Of a stretch of 26,125 nt of DNA, positions 14,227-23,232 are shown piece by piece. The stretch is from a virus (lineage: Duplodnaviria > Caudoviricetes): the IMG/VR virus record IMGVR_UViG_3300037797_000054, positions 1 through 26,125 of that record, one strand, 5' to 3'. The position numbers were made by a program, and so were the translations under genes. Below the pieces are notes generated by a model. The model worked only from the letters and a program-made list of their open reading frames with translations, was not told where the DNA came from and did no database searches. How positions within the stretch are numbered: the stretch's first letter is position 1; every line of letters starts with the position of its first letter.

Positions 14227-17165
14227 CGCCTACCGCCAGGACCCAGGACGGTTTGCACATCGCCGCCGCGGACCCGCACCGCGCGACGCAGTTCATCAAC
14301 CATGAAATCAGCGCGCCTGGTGCCGTCGCCGCGGATCTCGATGACGATCGGCCGACCAAGATCCGCATGGTTCACGCCGACACGGCGCAGTGTCTCCGGG
14401 CCACCGGTGTTGTTCAGCACCAGGTTCGGCCCCGGTGCGAGCGTCCCGCCGGCATCCATGACCACACCCATGCGGCGCAGGAACGACAGCGGGTCGTTGC
14501 GGCCGATCTCCAGGTGCAGGTGTGGCCCGGTCGAGTTGCCGGTCGAGCCCACGTAGCCGGCGAGTTGGCCGGCGCGGAGGAAGTCACCGACCTGCGCCAC
14601 CCGGCGCGACATGTGCGCCAACACGACCCGGCCGACCGGGCTGGACATCATCACCCGCTTGCCGTACGAGATGGCCGAGTCCAGCGACTGGATCACCCGG
14701 CCGGCAGTGGGGGCGAAGATGGGCGTTCCGATCGGTGCGGGTAGATCCTGCGCCGGGTAGCCGTGCGCACGGGAGCCGCGGCCGAGACGGTAGCCGGCCC
14801 CGATAGGCCGCGCCCAGCCGGAGGCGGCGATCTGCGCCGCAGACATTGAGCCGGGGGCAGTGTCGGCGGCTAGTGCGTCCTTACCTTCGCCCCACTTCTT
14901 GATGAGCGGGCGAAGCTGCCTCAGGATGCCCCTACTGAACGTTCGCTGGAACCCGACTGGCAGGGAACCGGCGACGCCGATGACCGCGCCCAGGATCTTG
15001 TCGAGCGCGAACGCGGCACCCCGGCGCAGCCAGTCCCCGATCTGTGAGCCGACCTTCGCCAGGCCCTCCTTGATCCAGTCGATGGGGCCGCCGAACGCCA
15101 ACCCGGAATTGATGGCGTCGATAGCCTTACGACCACCGAGTGCTTTGGTAGCGCTACGGGTCAGTACACCCTCACCGGGTGTGAGCAAGGCGTGTACCGA
15201 GTCACGGTCAGGACCGCCACCGGGGACCACACCGCCGCGGTTGAAGTTCACCGGCAGTGGATTGATCGTCAGATTAAAGTGCTTTGTGACCTTATTGAGG
15301 TTGGCGATGAGGTTCCTGTTGATCCACTTGAATGCGCCACGGATCGGCGACTTGATCTTCTCAATGGCGGCGGCGAAGACCTTCCCGAGGGTGTCCCGCA
15401 TGCTGCGGAACGCGTTAAGGATGCCGTCCTTGATGCGGACCAACTTCTCCCGCACCCAGTTGAACCGGTCAACCCACGGCTGGAAGACCCTATCCCTGAT
15501 CCACGCCCAGGCGGCGCCAATGCCCTCGCGGATCTTGTTAAACGCGGTGACGACGTTGGACCGGAGCTTGCCGCCGGTCTCCCACACCCGCTTGAACGCA
15601 GCCACAAGGGCGTCCATGACCGGCTTGATGATGCTCCGCCAAGCGAACTGAATGGCGGTCTGAATGGCCTTCCAGACAGTTTGCACGATTCTTCGGAAGG
15701 TCTCGGAACGCTTGTACGCCACCACGATCGCCGCAGTCAGAGCAATGATCGCGATCATCACAAGCACGATCGGGTTGGCCGCCATGACAGCGTTGAAGAT
15801 GGCCTGCACCGCGATCCATGCTTTGGTAACTGCGGCTGCAACCTTGACTCCGAGTTGGTACGCCTTCCAGGCAGCCACGGCAGTCAGGATGCCCACCGCC
15901 AGCGGCACCAGCCATGCTTGGTACCGCTGCAGCCACCGACCGAAATCGGCCACTGCTGGGATGACTGACTGGATCAAGAATCGCCCAAGATGCCGCAATG
16001 CAGGCAGAACCGCGTCCCGCAGGAAGCTGCCCACCGTCTCCATGGCTGGACGAAGGCGGTCAGAAGCGACTGCGGCGAACTGGCGGAGCGCCGGCACGCC
16101 GGTTGACATGATCCAGTCCATGCCACGGCCGACCGCATCGAAGAATCGGGAGGCGATGGGCTCGATGGCGACCAGCACGCGGTTCTTGAAGATCTGCCAC
16201 TTCTCGCCGAAAGACTCTGTGTCCTTCGCAGCCGAGTTGATCGTATCCGTACCGTTGGCGATGGTATCGGCCAGATCACCGACCTCGAATCGGCCTTCGC
16301 GGATTGCCGCCGCCATGTCTGGCCCGGCGCGGGCGCCGAACAGTTCCAGCGCCAGAGCGTTCGCCTTGCCGCTGCTGCCCGCGTTCTTGATCTCGTCGGT
16401 GACTCGGCGCAGCGTCTTGACAGGGGCTTCCCCCTCGCGGGCCATCCGGCCGAGCGCGATCCGCATCGAACCCATCACGAGTTCGGTGTTGACGCCCTCT
16501 TTCTCGAACTTGCCCAGCAGAGCCAGGGTGTCCTCGAAGGAGAACCCGAGCTGACGCATCGGGGCGCCGAACTTGACCACCTGCGCCTGGAGTGCGTCGA
16601 ACCCGGCGCCAGTGGACTGCGAGGCGCGGAAGATGGCATCCAGTGCGCCGGCCTGATTCTTGGATTCGATGCCCCAGTCACCGAACACACGGGTGACACC
16701 GGCGATGTTCTGCTTCAGGTCGGTGCCGGTGATGCGGGACACATTGAGAAATTGGGTTGCCAGCGCTTCGAGCGGCTTGCCCGTTACGCCCAATCGGGTG
16801 TTCAGATCAGCGACCGCGTCCCCGATGTCGGCGAAATTCGCTGGCACATCCCGGCCGACATTCTTCGCCGATCCGATCAACCCATCAAGAGCTTTACCGG
16901 TGGCGCCGGTCCCAACTCTGATCGTGTCCGAAACCTTGTCGAAGGTCTTGCCAACCCCGAACAGTCCTACGCCGACTGCGGCAAGGCCGGCCCCCGCAAT
17001 GAGGCCAAACTTCTTGACGCTCCCGGCAAAACCTCCGCCGAAGCGCTTGCCTGCCTGAGTGCCCGCGATAGCCGCGGGACCACCCATCTGCTTAGACAGC
17101 GCTGCGGCGCCGCCCTGGAACGACGGCACCAGGGACACATACGCGGTTGCGAGCTCGGTCGCCAC
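14223..17165 (-). CDS. Tape measure protein with C-terminal M23 peptidase, 980 aa
   Basis: MATELATAYVSLVPS start; Ala-rich helical core, hydrophobic segments, Trp-periodic repeats; M23 motifs DLPAPIGTPIFAP, YGKRV, LAHMS, GSTGNSTGPHLHLE. Confidence 0.95.
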   Translation of the reverse strand: MATELATAYVSLVPSFQGGAAALSKQMGGPAAIAGTQAGKRFGGGFAGSVKKFGLIAGAGLAAVGVGLFGVGKTFDKVSDTIRVGTGATGKALDGLIGSAKNVGRDVPANFADIGDAVADLNTRLGVTGKPLEALATQFLNVSRITGTDLKQNIAGVTRVFGDWGIESKNQAGALDAIFRASQSTGAGFDALQAQVVKFGAPMRQLGFSFEDTLALLGKFEKEGVNTELVMGSMRIALGRMAREGEAPVKTLRRVTDEIKNAGSSGKANALALELFGARAGPDMAAAIREGRFEVGDLADTIANGTDTINSAAKDTESFGEKWQIFKNRVLVAIEPIASRFFDAVGRGMDWIMSTGVPALRQFAAVASDRLRPAMETVGSFLRDAVLPALRHLGRFLIQSVIPAVADFGRWLQRYQAWLVPLAVGILTAVAAWKAYQLGVKVAAAVTKAWIAVQAIFNAVMAANPIVLVMIAIIALTAAIVVAYKRSETFRRIVQTVWKAIQTAIQFAWRSIIKPVMDALVAAFKRVWETGGKLRSNVVTAFNKIREGIGAAWAWIRDRVFQPWVDRFNWVREKLVRIKDGILNAFRSMRDTLGKVFAAAIEKIKSPIRGAFKWINRNLIANLNKVTKHFNLTINPLPVNFNRGGVVPGGGPDRDSVHALLTPGEGVLTRSATKALGGRKAIDAINSGLAFGGPIDWIKEGLAKVGSQIGDWLRRGAAFALDKILGAVIGVAGSLPVGFQRTFSRGILRQLRPLIKKWGEGKDALAADTAPGSMSAAQIAASGWARPIGAGYRLGRGSRAHGYPAQDLPAPIGTPIFAPTAGRVIQSLDSAISYGKRVMMSSPVGRVVLAHMSRRVAQVGDFLRAGQLAGYVGSTGNSTGPHLHLEIGRNDPLSFLRRMGVVMDAGGTLAPGPNLVLNNTGGPETLRRVGVNHADLGRPIVIEIRGDGTRRADFMVDELRRAVRVRGGDVQTVLGPGGRR

Positions 17166-17175
17166 GTCGCCTCCC

Positions 17176-17559
17176 TTAATTCATGCCGTGGCCACGGGCG
17201 GCCAGTGCTGCGCGGATGGCCCGCTGCGACACCCGCGGTACCGCCGAACGCTTGCGGTGCGAATCAGCCGGACGCGGGTACGGCTTCGGGTTGCGGTTCG
17301 AGTGGGCCTGATGTGTCAGGTCGAACAGGTCGGCCAGGATGAACGCCTCGCGCGGCCACGGCTCCGTCCAGCCGGACACCGCCGTGCACACTCGCGACGA
17401 CGGGTCGGCCATCAACTGCTGGGTCAGCGCCAGCGCCTCCGGCCACGACATGTCCCCGGCGAACAGCGCCGACAGCGGCAGCCCGAACCTGGTGCGCCAG
17501 TCGTAAGCGAAAGCGGGCTCGTGCTCCTCGATCAGTTCGAGGAGCTGGGCGATTCCCCC
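17176..17559 (-). CDS. Tail assembly chaperone -1 frameshift extension (gpGT-like)
   Basis: Slippery GGGGGAA at 17559-17553; the -1 frame continues GIAQLLELIEEHEPAFAYDWRTRFGL...PKPYPRP to TAA 17176. Confidence 0.88.
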   Translation of the reverse strand, partial: GGIAQLLELIEEHEPAFAYDWRTRFGLPLSALFAGDMSWPEALALTQQLMADPSSRVCTAVSGWTEPWPREAFILADLFDLTHQAHSNRNPKPYPRPADSHRKRSAVPRVSQRAIRAALAARGHGMN

Positions 17560-17855
17560 AGGCTCGCCCCTGAGTGGTTCTGCCAGGCGATGAACATTTC
17601 CCCCAACTCGTCCAGGGGCATCTCGTCGATGATGGCCAACGCCTCGGGGGTGGCGATCTCCTCGATGATGGCGAAGATCTGCCCCACCTCGTTGGACTGT
17701 TTCGACGCCCGGCGCAGCACACCGGCCTTGAGCTTGGCCCCGGGCGGCAAGGTGAACGAGTCGCCGTTGAACTCCCACTCGAACTGTTCGTTCTCGCGTT
17801 CGGCTTTCGGCTTGCGGTGGTCCTGCGGTTGGGCAGCCTTCTTCGGCGCTGGCAT
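17532..17855 (-). CDS. Tail assembly chaperone (gpG-like), 107 aa
   Basis: Lies between MTP and TMP; SD AGGAG; ends SLGESPSSSN. Confidence 0.9.
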   Translation of the reverse strand: MPAPKKAAQPQDHRKPKAERENEQFEWEFNGDSFTLPPGAKLKAGVLRRASKQSNEVGQIFAIIEEIATPEALAIIDEMPLDELGEMFIAWQNHSGASLGESPSSSN

Positions 17856-17861
17856 GGCGGT

Positions 17862-17931
17862 CTCCTATGCGGACTCGGAGGGTGCGGATACACGTCAAGG
17901 CCCGAGCGGTGTCCGCAGCACCGCCCGGGCC
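17862..17931 (-). promoter_or_regulatory. Hairpin/pseudoknot candidate in the MTP-chaperone spacer
   Basis: 12-bp interrupted stem 17899-17931; loop UGCGGA is complementary to two UCCGCA copies upstream of the SD. Confidence 0.5.
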
Positions 17932-17941
17932 GATCAGGGGA

Positions 17942-18517
17942 TTACGCTGCGACGAGCTCGGAGAAGAACTTGCGGGCCGAGGCGACCACTGCCGGCGGGC
18001 CGGCGTCGAGCTCTGCCGGGTAGCCGGTGAGGGTGACGCCGTAGCCGACTTCGCCGCCGGCCTGCAGGGTCGGACCCTCCACTGCGGTGACCTCGGCCTC
18101 CGGCAGGTACAGCCGGACGAACTTGTCGCCGTCGACGTAGTCCACGACGACCGAACGGCGGCCGCCGGACTGGCGGGGAACGATGTCGATCGACCCGGAC
18201 ACCGTGTCCAGCTCGGCGCCGTAGAACAGCTCCAGCGTCTCGACGTTGGTCTGCACCATCGTGAACTGCACGGTGATGCTGGCCTCGGTGGTGACCACCC
18301 GGATGACGTCCGAGTTCTGCCAGGCGACGATGTTGTTGGTGGACCGCTCACGGGCCTCTACGACGCCGTCGGCGGACAGGTAGCCTACGTCGCTCCAACC
18401 GGCGCCCAGCGCCGTGTCAGCGTCCGTGGGGGCTGCTTCTGTGGTCTCCGCGTAGGCCACCGCGCCGGTAACAGCAACGTCGACCTCATTCGAGACCAGA
18501 TTCGTGCTCTCAGGCAT
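17942..18517 (-). CDS. Major tail protein, 191 aa
   Basis: VAVTGAV.YA, DVGYLSADGV, IVAWQNSDVIR, YGVTLTGYP motifs; gene position. Confidence 0.92.
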   Translation of the reverse strand: MPESTNLVSNEVDVAVTGAVAYAETTEAAPTDADTALGAGWSDVGYLSADGVVEARERSTNNIVAWQNSDVIRVVTTEASITVQFTMVQTNVETLELFYGAELDTVSGSIDIVPRQSGGRRSVVVDYVDGDKFVRLYLPEAEVTAVEGPTLQAGGEVGYGVTLTGYPAELDAGPPAVVASARKFFSELVAA

Positions 18518-18566
18518 GAGAGTCGTCCTTCCGGTGTTGGGATCAGCCGGCGCGGTTGCCGGACAT

Positions 18567-18989
18567 TTAGGTGACTGGCTCCATGGAGAAGCCGCGGATG
18601 TGGACCGAGTAGGTAGCGGTGTACCGCGAATGCGCGGACAGGTTGTCCGGCAGGTTGCCGGGGCCGGCGAACTCCTCGACCTTGTACACCGGGTAGCCGT
18701 CCAAGACTCGGCCGGGCAGTGCGTTGATCAGCCCGCGGGCGACCTGTGCCAAGTCGTGCGCCTTCTTCGGCGTCTGGTGCCACGAGTCGACGCTGACCGT
18801 GGCTGCGTCCACCACGAGGTTTCGCCGGGGGCCGCCGACCCGGGGCACTGTGACGAAAGCCTCCGGGCGCTCGGCCGGTATCGAGATGTGAACGGGAATG
18901 TCTTCGTAGCCGTACAGTGGTAGCTGCTCAACCAGGTACTCGCGTACCAGGTCTTCGACGTCGGGGAAGATAACCGGGAGTTGCGGCAT
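18567..18989 (-). CDS. Tail terminator / tail completion protein
   Basis: FPDVEDLV..YL, RPEAFVTVPRVGG, VDSW, GPGNLPD...RY motifs; directly before MTP. Confidence 0.85.
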   Translation of the reverse strand: MPQLPVIFPDVEDLVREYLVEQLPLYGYEDIPVHISIPAERPEAFVTVPRVGGPRRNLVVDAATVSVDSWHQTPKKAHDLAQVARGLINALPGRVLDGYPVYKVEEFAGPGNLPDNLSAHSRYTATYSVHIRGFSMEPVT

Positions 18990-19249
18990 CACTGCCTCCC
19001 AGCGTCGATCGCTCTCGTCAGCGCCTTCTGCTGCGCCTCACGGCGCATGGCTTCGGGAGTGGCCGTGCGGACGCTGGCACGGGCGCGGTTCGGGCCGACA
19101 TCGGAGTCGACCTCCATGCCATCACCCGCAGCCTTCGCAATGTTCTTGGCACGGCGGTTGAGGTCCGCTGCGATGCCTGCATACTGGCCTTCGCCACGGA
19201 GCATCTTGCGGATCTCGGACGAGTTCAATTTCAGCCGTTGAAGCGCCAC
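18989..19249 (-). CDS. Neck/tail-completion protein (HK97 gp10 position), 86 aa
   Basis: LKLNSSEIRKML, RARASV.T..PEA...EA...ALTRA; TGATG coupling. Confidence 0.8.
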   Translation of the reverse strand: MALQRLKLNSSEIRKMLRGEGQYAGIAADLNRRAKNIAKAAGDGMEVDSDVGPNRARASVRTATPEAMRREAQQKALTRAIDAGRQ

Positions 19250-19257
19250 GACCTACC

Positions 19258-19902
19258 TCACAGAAACACGAGCGAGCAGTTGCAGTTGGCGACCTCTTCG
19301 GCTCCGCCCCCAGGATCTCCGGGCCAGTCCATTCCGTTGCTGAAAAGCTCCCCGATCGGGACGGTCTCGCCGCCCATGGCGGAGTGTGATGCCCGCGAGT
19401 TACCCGAGTTGGTCTGCCACATCTTCATGCTGGCGCCAGCCGCTCGCGCACCTTCCTTGGCTCCGAAGTTCATCGCCATGCCAGCCATGGATGTTGCGTG
19501 CATGGCGGCCCGGGATGTGGACAACTCATGGAACGCGTCCCCCGGGCCGACCTGTGCCATACGTTCTCGGGTGGCGGCGTTGATCCGCTCCGCCCCGAAG
19601 CGCGCATTAATCATTAGGTAGTTGGTCATCACGTCCGGGTTGAAGCGCGCCGGTCGGCGGCGGGCCGAACGAGTCTCGACCGCGGCACCCAGCCGCGCCG
19701 ATACCAGGCTCCCGACCTCGGATGCGGCGGCCATGTTCCGGTCGAACATCACCCGCGCCAACAGCGAGTCCCACGCTGCGACCAACTGCCGCAGCACCGC
19801 CACGTCGTCGCGTTGCGCCACGAAGGAACTCCGCAATGCGACAAGGTTCGCCCGCTCAACCCTCGCACGCAGCACCCCGTAGCGAGCATCTACCCGCGGC
19901 AA
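19258..19902 (-). CDS. MuF/SPP1 gp7-like minor head protein (short), 214 aa
   Basis: C-terminal KMWQTNSGNSRASHSAMGGETVPIGELFSNGMDWPGDP...EVANCNC; the TTG start is uncertain. Confidence 0.8.
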   Translation of the reverse strand: MPRVDARYGVLRARVERANLVALRSSFVAQRDDVAVLRQLVAAWDSLLARVMFDRNMAAASEVGSLVSARLGAAVETRSARRRPARFNPDVMTNYLMINARFGAERINAATRERMAQVGPGDAFHELSTSRAAMHATSMAGMAMNFGAKEGARAAGASMKMWQTNSGNSRASHSAMGGETVPIGELFSNGMDWPGDPGGGAEEVANCNCSLVFL

Positions 19903-19904
19903 GG

Positions 19905-20270
19905 TCAGCCGTCCACGTGACGAAGCTCGAACGCCGTGTGATCCAGCGCCCCCGTGGGGGACGACCAGTCCTGCACCTGTCCCTCGACGTCATACTCCAC
20001 ATCCCGGTATCGCACACGATCCAACGGCTCGACGTCGGCGTCGGCGGGCGCGTACACCTTCCACCGGGTCACAATCGCGCTGCGAGCAGTGCCGCCCTCG
20101 CTCGCAGCCGACCCGGTGAACTTGACCTCTTCGGTGGCCATCGGCTGCACCGAGCAGCCCCCGATGTCCCACTCGTCGGTGTCGTCCCAGTCGAGGATCT
20201 CGTCGCCACGCTCATCGACGCGGGCGGCACGAATGATCGTGATCGTGTCGCGGGCGAACGAAACAGGCAT
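19905..20270 (-). CDS. Head-to-tail stopper, 121 aa
   Basis: DERG...DW, GCSVQP, VYAPADADV...DRV, YDVEG...WSSPTGALDH. Confidence 0.88.
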   Translation of the reverse strand: MPVSFARDTITIIRAARVDERGDEILDWDDTDEWDIGGCSVQPMATEEVKFTGSAASEGGTARSAIVTRWKVYAPADADVEPLDRVRYRDVEYDVEGQVQDWSSPTGALDHTAFELRHVDG

Positions 20271-20890
20271 CAGCCGATCCCCAACGGAGACGTGCGCACA
20301 TACGGCGCGGCCCGCATGAACGCAGCCGGGTTGCCCGACACGATCCCCATCAGCTGCGATGGGTCCACGTTGAGCGTCCCGTAGGCCACCGACAAGCCGC
20401 CGGCCGCCTCGGACGTCACCACTGCCGCGACGCCGGGGTCTGAGGCCACATCCAGAACCGCTTGGCGGATCCCCTCAGGCACCGCTTCCCAGCCCCAGCG
20501 GGCCGTGACGGTGACCAGCGCGCGCCGGCCCAGCGTCCTCGCCGGCCACGAACGGTCCACGGCGAACAGGTCGAAGAACGGCCAGCCGGGCTGGCCGCTG
20601 ACGATACCGTCCCACGGGCGCGGGTCGACCTGGTCGACGTCCCAGGCCACGCCAGAGACCTCCACGGCGAGATCCTGGACAGTCCAGAAGTCGTCCGTGG
20701 CGAGACGGCGCCGATCCACAGCGCGGAAGCGCCGCGGCGACGCCGTCGCAGCACGGTTGAACTGACGACCGGTGAACAATTCGATGGCGCGCGAGGCGGC
20801 CTCGGCGATGTCCGCGTAGGTTCCATCGTCCGGCTTACCGAACTTGTCTTCCAAGTCGACAACGCCGACGTACGGATCGCCAATGGCCAC
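20270..20890 (-). CDS. Head-to-tail adaptor, 206 aa
   Basis: AASRAIELFTGRQF and VTVTARWGWEAVPEGIRQA; SD AAGGAG. Confidence 0.88.
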   Translation of the reverse strand: MAIGDPYVGVVDLEDKFGKPDDGTYADIAEAASRAIELFTGRQFNRAATASPRRFRAVDRRRLATDDFWTVQDLAVEVSGVAWDVDQVDPRPWDGIVSGQPGWPFFDLFAVDRSWPARTLGRRALVTVTARWGWEAVPEGIRQAVLDVASDPGVAAVVTSEAAGGLSVAYGTLNVDPSQLMGIVSGNPAAFMRAAPYVRTSPLGIG

Positions 20891-20900
20891 CGGTCACTCC

Positions 20901-21047
20901 TTACGGCGTGATGAGCGCGCGGCCGATGTAGTCGGCCGTCGCCGTGGTCTCACGGCCCAGGTAATCCAGCACCGGGTCTGTCGTGCCGGGCGTGGCGTTC
21001 TGCAACTCCCGGCCCAGGTAGTCGTGGGTGTGGGTACTAGTCGCCAT
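20901..21047 (-). CDS. 48-aa protein with three DY[LI]GR repeats (absent from the ORF track)
   Basis: Manual translation MATSTHTHDYLGRELQNATPGTTDPVLDYLGRETTATADYIGRALITP; SD GAGGAGG. Confidence 0.8.
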   Translation of the reverse strand: MATSTHTHDYLGRELQNATPGTTDPVLDYLGRETTATADYIGRALITP

Positions 21048-21294
21048 CGCTGGCCTCCTCAGTCGGCTCTGATTCCTGGTATGCCTCGAAGGCTTCCTGC
21101 GCAGCGTCGGCGCCCCGGATCTTGTCGATCACTTCGCCGCCGATGACTAGCTCGTGCCAGCCGCCGCCGACACTGTGGACGCCGTCGTCCCGCTGCTCAG
21201 GCTCAGATTGTTCCGGCTCCGGTTCGGCGCTGGTCTCAACCTCGCGGTCAACCAGCACCGAGCCAAGCTTCTGACCGTTGCGAACGAACATCAT
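21037..21294 (-). CDS. Acidic hypothetical protein after the capsid gene, 85 aa
   Basis: ATGA-coupled to the capsid stop; VGGGWHEL...KIRG.DAA motif. Confidence 0.75.
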   Translation of the reverse strand: MMFVRNGQKLGSVLVDREVETSAEPEPEQSEPEQRDDGVHSVGGGWHELVIGGEVIDKIRGADAAQEAFEAYQESEPTEEASDGD

Positions 21295-22532
21295 CCACCA
21301 GCACCAGCTTCCAGCGGAACGATGCCGCCCTCTTCGATGGTCAGCGGCGTGAAGTAACCCGCGTACGCCACCTGCGTGCCCAGCACCGACGGCTCGATGG
21401 CCTGCAGAGCACCGACACGCTGCTCGTACGCCTCGATCGCGGCGGTGGAGAACATGAACGCCTCACCGGACCCGAGCCCGGCCGACATGGCCACCGGCAC
21501 ACCCGAGATCGAGCCCATGATGCCCTGCGCGAACTGAACGGCGGTGAAGCCCGTCGACTGCGCGTTCTGCGGATTCACCGGAGCGAACAGAGGCCCGAAG
21601 ATGCCCAGCGTGTCGGGAGCCACAGCCAACAACAGCCGACCCTGACCCTTAACGGCTGCATAGACGGTCGCGGCTGCCGTCCAGACCGCCGCGGCAACCT
21701 CATCAGCGGTTCCAGTGAGCCAGCCGACAGCCGTCGTGCCGGTAGTCGCCAACTCGGCGGCAATCGCGGCCTCGGTTTCGATCGCGTACTGCGAGGCCAG
21801 GTCATTGACCACCGCGTCCAGCGCGCTCGGCGAGGAGAAGTCGATGTTCTGCCGCGACACGTTCACGTAGCCGCCGTAGGTGACCGCAGTGCCGGTCAAG
21901 CGGGTGATCGTCATCTTCTGCGACGTCAACTCGGTCTTCTCATCCGAAGCCCCGCCGGCCGAGCCCTGCACTGCCACGGCAGTGCTCTGGGTCACCTTCG
22001 GGCGGTGCCAGGTCGCCGACGGCATGTTCCGCGGCCCGACGAACGAGACGATCGGACGTGCCGCGTCGATGAAGTTGATGACTTCGCCGACGATCGGGTC
22101 CGGCACGATACCCAGGTTGTCGCCAGTCTTCTGGTGATCCGCGGCCCGCTCGTACAGCTCCAGACGCTCGCGGGCGTCCCGGCTGCCACTCGACGCCGAG
22201 ATGAGGTCCACCATCCACGCGCCGGCAGACCGGTACTCGACCGGGCCGTTCTCGCCGCTGCGGCGGGCCGTGGTGATGGCCTGGTCGACCTGCTTGGCGC
22301 GAGACGCGATCTCCTGCGCGATGCGGGCCGTGTCCTCCAGCTCGTCGATCTGGGCCTTGATCTCACCCATCCGGCTGCGGGCCTCGGCGAGGCTCGACTT
22401 CTCGGTGTCGTTCAGGTCGCGCTCGGCGTCCTGCACGTTGGCGATGAGGCCCTGGACGAACGAGTTGCGTTCGTTCAGTTCGTTCTCGAGACGCCGAATC
22501 ATGGCGTCGTTGGCTTGGCTGTTCACAGCCAT
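21291..22532 (-). CDS. Major capsid protein, HK97 fold with N-terminal coiled-coil delta domain, 413 aa
   Basis: ATG 22532 after AAGGGAG; ERDLNDTE coiled coil; GIVPDPIVGEVINFIDAARP, EKTELTSQKM, YGGYVNVSRQNID. Confidence 0.93.
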   Translation of the reverse strand: MAVNSQANDAMIRRLENELNERNSFVQGLIANVQDAERDLNDTEKSSLAEARSRMGEIKAQIDELEDTARIAQEIASRAKQVDQAITTARRSGENGPVEYRSAGAWMVDLISASSGSRDARERLELYERAADHQKTGDNLGIVPDPIVGEVINFIDAARPIVSFVGPRNMPSATWHRPKVTQSTAVAVQGSAGGASDEKTELTSQKMTITRLTGTAVTYGGYVNVSRQNIDFSSPSALDAVVNDLASQYAIETEAAIAAELATTGTTAVGWLTGTADEVAAAVWTAAATVYAAVKGQGRLLLAVAPDTLGIFGPLFAPVNPQNAQSTGFTAVQFAQGIMGSISGVPVAMSAGLGSGEAFMFSTAAIEAYEQRVGALQAIEPSVLGTQVAYAGYFTPLTIEEGGIVPLEAGAGG

Positions 22533-22564
22533 GGCAATGCTCCCTTTTGATGAAGTGACAGGAA

Positions 22565-22629
22565 GCACGTCGCCAACCACACCCGCTACCCAGGTGTTGC
22601 GTCCCCGCTACCCAGGGCGGCGGACGTGC
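22565..22629 (-). promoter_or_regulatory. Structured repeat element in the capsid 5' leader
   Basis: 13-nt direct repeat CCCGCTACCCAGG (22582-22594, 22604-22616) enclosed by inverted GCACGTC/GACGTGC. Confidence 0.6.
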
Positions 22630-22632
22630 GAA

Positions 22633-23232
22633 TTACTTGCTGAGGCGGGTCGCAGCCCACGACAGGACGTCGTCGGCTGCCCACTCGTCCAGCGATGGAG
22701 TCACCAGCGGTTGCTTCCCAGCCGCCGGATGTGGCGTCAACGCATCGTGGACCGCCACGGTCTCCGCGCCCGCAAATGCGGGACTTTCCACCATCGACAG
22801 GTGGTCTAGAAATGCCCTCTTGACCCGGCGCAACATTGCGCTCTTGTCGAGGGCGACATCGGAAGCCTTCCTGATGAAGTAACCGATGGAGGCGCCGAGC
22901 ATCCCCTCAGACGCCAATTGAAGCGTGTCGTCCCCTCGCGACGTCCTGGCGACCTTCACAGACGCCAGCAGGCCCTGCGTGTTAGTCGGATCCATCTTGA
23001 CGATCCGGCCGACCGTGTAGCCACGCTGATGCTCACGGTTTACAGGAATCCGGACCGAACCCTGCACGGCCTCGTCGAACGCAGTGCGCTCGAACACTTC
23101 ACCCCAGGTCTCGTCGCGCCACCGGACCTCGGCTTTCTGGTCCCACGGCACGGCAATAACCTCAATGATCCGATCTTTGAAGTTGACGTCATCCGAAACG
23201 ACAGCGCCGCTCCGCTCGAAGATTTCGATCAC
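22633..23232 (-). CDS. HK97-family prohead protease, 199 aa
   Basis: GTGA overlap with the portal stop, SD AGGAGGT; VNREH, GDDTLQLA, GASIG, HLSMVESPAFAGA. Confidence 0.9.
   Translation of the reverse strand: MIEIFERSGAVVSDDVNFKDRIIEVIAVPWDQKAEVRWRDETWGEVFERTAFDEAVQGSVRIPVNREHQRGYTVGRIVKMDPTNTQGLLASVKVARTSRGDDTLQLASEGMLGASIGYFIRKASDVALDKSAMLRRVKRAFLDHLSMVESPAFAGAETVAVHDALTPHPAAGKQPLVTPSLDEWAADDVLSWAATRLSK

Noticed and set aside
17176-18351. 391-aa ORF as a single gene
   Set aside because: Its 5' part overlaps MTP and the chaperone out of frame; only the part after the slippery site is credible.
22533-22580. Longer capsid start, and the longer protease start at 23298
   Set aside because: SD positions and stop/start coupling favour 22532 and 23232.
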